Assembly: GCA_050246315.1 (NCBI GenBank)
Contig: JBFWWG010000003.1
Location: 160,001 to 224,000, forward strand
Source: Nitrospiraceae bacterium
GTDB taxonomy: Bacteria; Nitrospirota; Nitrospiria; Nitrospirales; Nitrospiraceae
DNA: 64,000 bases
Direction: 5' to 3'
A model generated the notes under the pieces. The model was not told where the DNA came from and made no database searches. It saw nothing but the letters and a program-made list of their open reading frames with translations. Each line of letters starts with the position of its first letter. The stretch's first letter is position 1. Of the stretch, positions 58,713 to 64,000 are shown piece after piece. Both the position numbers and the translations under genes were made by a program.

Positions 58713-59043
58713 CGGCGGTGATGCAGGATTGCATCACGCTGGCTTGGCAGTCTCTCTGTGCGGTCGAGCCTGTCAGCTCACCCACGTGACGGACCAGATC
58801 ATCCGCCGTCACCAATTCAGGATCCACGTCGATCAGAAGATGTCCAGGCAGGCTCCGCCCGTCCAGGAATCGTACCCCTGGAAGTCTCTTTAAGGTGGTT
58901 TCGATATCCTGGTTGACCGACTCGCACTCGGATCCGGCTATCATCAGCGTCACCCGTTGAAGCGGAGAGGCGGCCAACACTGTCGTGGTTATGACTGCCG
59001 TCAGCAGCACGAGCGCGAAGAGAACGGCGAATGTGTCTCTCAT
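58687..59043 (-). CDS. exported HMA-fold (heavy-metal-associated-like) protein
   Basis: Signal peptide; VTLMIAGSECES..IETTLKRLPGV ferredoxin-like pattern; C-terminal CQASVMQSC; GAGG RBS. Confidence 0.55.
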   Translation of the reverse strand: MRDTFAVLFALVLLTAVITTTVLAASPLQRVTLMIAGSECESVNQDIETTLKRLPGVRFLDGRSLPGHLLIDVDPELVTADDLVRHVGELTGSTAQRDCQASVMQSCITAGVVPVATE

Positions 59044-59100
59044 TGATGATGACCTCTTCAGCCAGGAAGCCGAACTCACTGTTTGACCGCATCGAACCAG

Positions 59101-59130
59101 GCCCGGCCGGCCGCAACCGGCCGGCCGGGC
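59101..59130. other. 12-bp GC-rich hairpin just 3' of nirK (mRNA stabiliser or terminator-like, no U-tract)
   Basis: GCCCGGCCGGCC-GCAACC-GGCCGGCCGGGC. Confidence 0.6.
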
Positions 59131-59135
59131 AGGTG

Positions 59136-60149
59136 TCACTCTGGCATTGGATGTGGCACTTGAGATGGCGTGATCTCCGTTGGAGGGACGGCCAACGTCC
59201 AAGGCACCAGCGGCATCAGCGGTAATTGCTGAGCATCAGGCGAGGCCACCAGCACCGCAATAGCTCCCCGCAACGCTCCCGTGAGCGAATGGGTGACCAC
59301 CGGGTAGGCGCCGGCCGACTCCACGACCACGTCGAACGTCGACGCACTGCCGGGACCCACGACATAGGTCTGGACACCCGTCAACTTGTTGGCCGGGTTT
59401 CCGCTCTCGTAAACGTGATCCCAAATTTCCCCGATCGGGTGCAAGGCGGAGAACTCGTTCGGCCCTGCGTTCACGAAATAGATCCGAACACGCTCGCCCG
59501 GCTTGGCTTCCAGCTTTCCTCCGTTGGTGACAAACGGATGGTACTTGAAGAGGCCGCCGTTGAACATGACTCCCTCAAACTTCCGATCGAACATCGCTTG
59601 GACGTCGCTGGGATTCTTGTAGTACTCGGACTGCACGAGCACGTACTCCCGGTCGGCCTTCGGCCATACTTTGGCGTCCTTCGGATCGACAATGACCGCG
59701 CCGAACATGCCGCGAGCAATGTGCTGGATCATGGGCGGCGCCCCACAGTGGTAGAAAAAAATCCCTGGCTTTCTCGCCTCGTAGGTGAAGCTGATCGATT
59801 CCCCCGCGTTAATCGCGCGGTAGTTCTTCAGGAAGTCGACCTCCGCCGCGTGGAAATCCATCGCATGGGCATTCTTGTTGGTGGGCGGATTCGTCAAGGT
59901 AAACTTGATCGTATCGCCCTCGGTCACACGGACGACCGGGCCCGGAACCTGCCCGTTGAACGTCCAAGCGGCATACTTATCGCCGTCGCCGTCGATCACG
60001 ATTTCGGTTTCTACCGCTACCATATTGATCTCATGGGTTTTGGCCGATGCCGGTAGCACCGACCCAGTCCCCATCAGCAAGGCTGCGATTCCTGCGAGGA
60101 AGCACCGCGAGCCTTCATGCTTCCAGAGACCTCGATCCTTTATCATCAT
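59136..60149 (-). CDS. nirK: copper-containing nitrite reductase
   Basis: Signal peptide; WTFNGQVPGP, HAMDFH, YHCGAPPMIQHIARGMFG, LHPIGEIWD, VVTHSL (type 1 and type 2 Cu ligands). Confidence 0.93.
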   Translation of the reverse strand: MMIKDRGLWKHEGSRCFLAGIAALLMGTGSVLPASAKTHEINMVAVETEIVIDGDGDKYAAWTFNGQVPGPVVRVTEGDTIKFTLTNPPTNKNAHAMDFHAAEVDFLKNYRAINAGESISFTYEARKPGIFFYHCGAPPMIQHIARGMFGAVIVDPKDAKVWPKADREYVLVQSEYYKNPSDVQAMFDRKFEGVMFNGGLFKYHPFVTNGGKLEAKPGERVRIYFVNAGPNEFSALHPIGEIWDHVYESGNPANKLTGVQTYVVGPGSASTFDVVVESAGAYPVVTHSLTGALRGAIAVLVASPDAQQLPLMPLVPWTLAVPPTEITPSQVPHPMPE

Positions 60150-60209
60150 GTTCTGCTCCCTTCTGACTGATTGTGTGAAGTGATGGAAACCCTGTCAGGC
60201 ACAGGCGGG

Positions 60210-60251
60210 ATTATATGAAGTATCGCCAGCTACAAATATGATCTGCGTCAT
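60210..60251 (-). promoter_or_regulatory. class II Crp/Fnr-dependent promoter of nirK
   Basis: Minus-strand TATAAT at 60215-60210; palindrome ATGA-TCTGCG-TCAT at 60238-60251 centred 29.5 nt upstream of the -12 base, i.e. at -41.5. Confidence 0.75.
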
Positions 60252-60284
60252 GTTTCTACCGACAATGTGTCGAATGAACGAGGA

Positions 60285-60989
60285 TCAAGGAAGGGCACTG
60301 GAAGGATCGGATGCGAACGAGCGGAGGCCAGGAAGATCGAGGATCATCAAATGTTTGGCTGTTCCGGACACCAACCTGGCCTTCTTGAAACGGCTCATGA
60401 TGCGGATTGTCGTCTCCGGCGTAATCCCCACCATGTCTGCCAGGTCCTGTCTGGTCAACCGAACATCGAGCCGGATGCCCTTTGGTTCGCGGACACCGAT
60501 GCGTTCGGCGAGACCGACCAGGAGCGAGGCCAGTCGCTGGTCGGAGCGATCAAGCGCTAAAATCTTGGCTCGTTCCTGCACTTCCATCAGCCGCTTGCCG
60601 AGATACTTGATGACTTCAAGCGCCGCCTCTGGATTATTCTTCAAGGTATTGAAATACTGTTCTTTATTCAGACGAAGGATGCTGACATCACCCATCGGCG
60701 CCGCCGTCCCGGGATGCTGGCCTCCATCGAACACCACCGCTTCGCAACAGAACAGATCTCCCGGCATCAACACCTTGAGCGTACATTCCTTGCCGGCAGT
60801 CGTCGCCCTCACGCACTTGACCGTACCTTCCTTCAAGATATGGAAGTACTCGGCTTGGTCGCCCTCCCGAAAAATGTACTCGCCTTTTCGGTAGCGTTCT
60901 TCTTTGACTTGTTTCCAAATCTCCTGGCGATCCTGCTCTTGCAGCAGGTCGATGAGGGGCAACTCTCGCCGGGAAGAGGGAGGCTTCAC
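60285..60989 (-). CDS. Crp/Fnr-family transcriptional regulator
   Basis: IFREGD..LKEGTVK cNMP-like domain, DQRLASLL, LTRQDLADMVGITPETTIR HTH. Confidence 0.92.
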   Translation of the reverse strand: MKPPSSRRELPLIDLLQEQDRQEIWKQVKEERYRKGEYIFREGDQAEYFHILKEGTVKCVRATTAGKECTLKVLMPGDLFCCEAVVFDGGQHPGTAAPMGDVSILRLNKEQYFNTLKNNPEAALEVIKYLGKRLMEVQERAKILALDRSDQRLASLLVGLAERIGVREPKGIRLDVRLTRQDLADMVGITPETTIRIMSRFKKARLVSGTAKHLMILDLPGLRSFASDPSSALP

Positions 60990-60997
60990 GGAGGTGA

Positions 60998-62872
60998 TTA
61001 CGTCTTCAACAGGTCCATGACGGCCTGCACGATGGACCGAACCCCGATGCCGAAATGATCGATGAGTTCCTCGGGCTTACCGCTGCGCGGAATCTCGCGG
61101 ACGGCGAGTTTGATGACCCGCACACCCTCGTCCGACAAGGCTCCCACCACCGCATCGCCGAGCCCGCCATGGGCATAGTGGTCCTCAACCGTCACCATCC
61201 GCATCTGGGTCGCGTGCGCACAGTCAGCCAACGTCGCCCGATCGACCGGCACAATGCTGTAGAGATCGACGACGCGGACAGACACACCTTGCGCCCTCAA
61301 CTGATCATACGCCTTCAACGCTTCAAACAACGTCACGCCGGCCGCCACGATCGTCACCTGATCCTGCTGGCTTTTTCGCAGGACCTTCGAGCCTCCGATC
61401 GTGAACAGTTCATCCGGTCCATAAATCACCGGTGATTTGGGACGGCCGGCCCGCAGATAGACCATCCCTTGGTGCGTCGCCGCTGCCTCGACCAACCGGT
61501 ACATGCTCGTCCCATCGGACGGGTAGAGCACCGTGATGCCGGGCTGAGCCGCCATCATCGCCAGGTCCTCAAGTCCCATCTGGGAGGCCCCGTCCTCGCC
61601 GATGCTCACCCCGACATGCGTCCCCACCAACTTGACGTTGGCCTGGCTGATCGCAGCCATCCGGATGAAGTCGTAGGCCCTGGTCAAAAAGGCCGCAAAG
61701 GTGGCCGCGAACGGAATTTTCCCGCAGGTCGAGAGTCCCACCGCCGTCCCGATCATATTCTGTTCGGCGATGAAGTTCTCAAAGAAGCGGGATGGGAACT
61801 GCTTACCGAACTTGTCTGTATAGGTCGAATTCTTGACGTCCGCGTCCAGCCCGACAACGCTCGGATCAGCCTCGCCCAACGCCTGCAACGCGACGCCGAA
61901 GGCCTCCCTGGTCGCGACCATGTCGCCGATCTTGTAACCGGGTGCGGCGAATGTCTTGCCGCTGACCGCTTCGCGCCCGGCCGGAGTAGGACTTGGTATG
62001 ACGGGCGCAGCCCCATTGCCGGAGACAAACTGTTTCGACAACTCGGCGATGGCGCGATCGGCCTCCTCACCCTTCCTAAGCGGCTTGCCGTGCCAATCCG
62101 GCTTATCTTGAATGAACGAAATACCCTTGCCCTTGAGGGTCTTGGCCAACAACACCGTCGGACGTCCTTTCGTCGCCGCCGCTTGACCGAAAGCCTGAAT
62201 CAACGCCGCGATATCATGCCCGTCCACCGAGATCGCATTCCACCCGAAACCGGACCAACGCGCCCGATAGCCCTCCAGATCATGCTGGAGCATCGTCGGA
62301 TCGCTCTGTCCGAGTCGGTTGATATCGACGATCGCGCAGAGGTTGTCCAACTGGTGTTGCCGGGCGATCTCAACCGCTTCCCAGACCGATCCCTCCACGG
62401 ACTCTCCGTCGCCCAGGACCACATAGGTCCGGTAGTCGCTGCGATCGAGATACTTGGCGTTCAAGGCCATCCCGACACCGGCCGCCAACCCCTGACCGAG
62501 CGATCCGGTCGCCACATCAACGAAAGACAACCGCGGCGTCGGGTGGCCTTCCAGATCCGAGCGCAGCAACCGAAGCGTCAACAGTTCGCTTTTGGGAAAC
62601 AGTCCGACCTCTGCCCAGGCCGCATAGAGCAGCGGTGCCGCATGGCCCTTCGATAGGATGAACCGGTCTCGATTCGGATGGCGAGGCTGCTGAGGGTCGA
62701 ACCGCATCACATGAAAAAACAAAGTCGCGACAATATCGGCGGCCGAACAGCAACTCGTCGGATGTCCACTTCCCGCCTCAGTGGTGGCGCGAACGCTCTC
62801 GATCCGCAGGCTGGTCGCCTTGTTTCGAAGCATGGTCACGAGATCGGATGACAAGATCGTGCTACCAGGCAT
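60998..62872 (-). CDS. tkt: transketolase
   Basis: SGHPTS, LSKGHAAP, EGHP, TGSLGQG, GDGESVEGSVWEA (TPP motif), IAEQNM, GEDGASQ. Confidence 0.95.
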   Translation of the reverse strand: MPGSTILSSDLVTMLRNKATSLRIESVRATTEAGSGHPTSCCSAADIVATLFFHVMRFDPQQPRHPNRDRFILSKGHAAPLLYAAWAEVGLFPKSELLTLRLLRSDLEGHPTPRLSFVDVATGSLGQGLAAGVGMALNAKYLDRSDYRTYVVLGDGESVEGSVWEAVEIARQHQLDNLCAIVDINRLGQSDPTMLQHDLEGYRARWSGFGWNAISVDGHDIAALIQAFGQAAATKGRPTVLLAKTLKGKGISFIQDKPDWHGKPLRKGEEADRAIAELSKQFVSGNGAAPVIPSPTPAGREAVSGKTFAAPGYKIGDMVATREAFGVALQALGEADPSVVGLDADVKNSTYTDKFGKQFPSRFFENFIAEQNMIGTAVGLSTCGKIPFAATFAAFLTRAYDFIRMAAISQANVKLVGTHVGVSIGEDGASQMGLEDLAMMAAQPGITVLYPSDGTSMYRLVEAAATHQGMVYLRAGRPKSPVIYGPDELFTIGGSKVLRKSQQDQVTIVAAGVTLFEALKAYDQLRAQGVSVRVVDLYSIVPVDRATLADCAHATQMRMVTVEDHYAHGGLGDAVVGALSDEGVRVIKLAVREIPRSGKPEELIDHFGIGVRSIVQAVMDLLKT

Positions 62873-63047
62873 CAACGGTCCTCTTTCGTGGATGGGTGGA
62901 GGCGGATGATCGACAACTCAACGCGACCTGAAGGTGATGGTCAAAGGCTAGCAAAAGCGGAGCGGATGAGTCAACGCGACGGCTTCGCGATGCCGATCAT
63001 CCTGTGCATGAATCAGCACGTCCGTAAGAGTTCCATTTGCGCGGCAA

Positions 63048-64000
63048 TCAAAAGAATCGCAACCACAGATACAGGTGACTGATCAGGATCGAGCCGAACA
63101 TCACGGGCAGGCCGAAGAGCGAGAATCGCCAGAAACTGATCGGATAGCCGGCTCGCCGCGCGATATCCACAATCACGACGTTGGCCGACGCACCGATGAT
63201 GGTCCCGTTGCCGCCGAGGCAAGCGCCGAGCGCCAGCGCCCACCAGATCGGTATGACATCGGGCTGACGGACCAACGTCGTGTAGTCCGTCACCGTCGGG
63301 TGCAGCGAGCGCGCCAGATCCACAATCAACGGGTTCATCGCCGCCACATAGGGGATATTGTCCACGATGGCCGAGAGCATCGCCGATCCCCACAGCACCA
63401 CGAACGTCGTGCCCACAGTATTGCCACGCGTCATCTCGACCAACTGGTTGGCCAGTTCCCGGATTGCCCCCACTTTGACGAGCGCGCCGACCAGGATGAA
63501 CAACCCGATGAAGAAAAATATCGTCTTCCATTCGACATCCGTCAGGGAGTGAAGATCTTCCAGCCCCTTTTCCTTGGTCTTGGCGTGGCCGGCCAACATG
63601 AACAGGCTCGCGCCCAGCAGCGCGACGGTGGCCGGCTCCAGATGGAGCCAACCGTGGAAGCAGAAGCCGATATTCACTAACGCCAGGAGCCACACGCATC
63701 GCCTCAGCAACGATCGGTCCCGCACCGCTTCCATCTCCTTGAGCGCCATCATGGATTCGCTCAGGTGCGGCGCCACGGTCAGCGTGCGGCCGAAGATGAA
63801 CCAGAGCCCGCCGAGGAACACCGCCATGATGATCACGGCCACCGGCCCCAAGACGAACAGGAATTCGAGATAACTCAAGTCCGCCTTGCTCGCAATCATG
63901 ATATTAGGCGGATCGCCGACCAACGTGCCGGTGCCGCCGATATTCGATGCCATCGCCTGGGGGACCAAAAACGGAATCGGATTCAGCTCCAGCCGCTTGG
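63048..64000 (-). CDS. ArsB/NhaD/P-protein-type ion transporter (5' end outside the window)
   Basis: SNIGGTGTLVGDPPN, SAIVDNIP, LGGNGTIIGASANV. Confidence 0.88.
   Translation of the reverse strand, partial: KRLELNPIPFLVPQAMASNIGGTGTLVGDPPNIMIASKADLSYLEFLFVLGPVAVIIMAVFLGGLWFIFGRTLTVAPHLSESMMALKEMEAVRDRSLLRRCVWLLALVNIGFCFHGWLHLEPATVALLGASLFMLAGHAKTKEKGLEDLHSLTDVEWKTIFFFIGLFILVGALVKVGAIRELANQLVEMTRGNTVGTTFVVLWGSAMLSAIVDNIPYVAAMNPLIVDLARSLHPTVTDYTTLVRQPDVIPIWWALALGACLGGNGTIIGASANVVIVDIARRAGYPISFWRFSLFGLPVMFGSILISHLYLWLRFF

Overview
GC-rich bacterial chromosomal segment, most consistent with Nitrospira (Nitrospirota). This assignment is inferred from gene content (Cu-nitrite reductase nirK with a Crp/Fnr regulator, a stand-alone CCG-domain SdhE/HdrB-like gene, small CxxC zinc-ribbon and RHH proteins), not from a search. 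Layout: (1) 1-27.8 kb: a sigma54-led, translationally coupled Wzx/Wzy-type surface-polysaccharide operon (RHH, HD-GYP, Wza-like, Wzc, Wzy, Wzx, 6 GT4, 2 GT2, 5 SAM methyltransferases, AsnB, a membrane PHP-domain protein, WbqC, PIG-L, DegT, WecA-like). (2) mtnA, then a ~4 kb accessory islet holding two outward-facing GGGTCA-type motifs with stuttered tandem repeats on their inner sides, an amber-interrupted dedA, a DUF481 barrel, a 216-bp CTAG-ended MITE and vapBC. (3) Housekeeping run: ndk, TPR/PgaB-like lipoprotein, gcvH, lpdA, comEA, tyrS, tRNA-Gly(CCC). (4) A ~10 kb block after the tRNA with three sigma54 promoters, two MFS paralogues and an HK/NtrC-family pair. It is bracketed by an ~80% identical 75-bp direct repeat that starts at the tRNA CCA and recurs as the core of a second MITE copy. 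(5) GT4, TPR-2OG oxygenase-like protein, sthA, HDOD, CCG protein, cupin, a decayed gene mosaic, nirK with a Crp/Fnr-type box placed at -41.5, the Crp/Fnr regulator, transketolase and a partial ArsB/NhaD-type transporter. The most unusual signals are non-coding: the repeat-extended motifs, the modular MITE family linked to the tRNA 3' end, and the nirK operator that differs from the FNR site in step with the regulator's recognition helix. All calls are by eye; no database searches were run.
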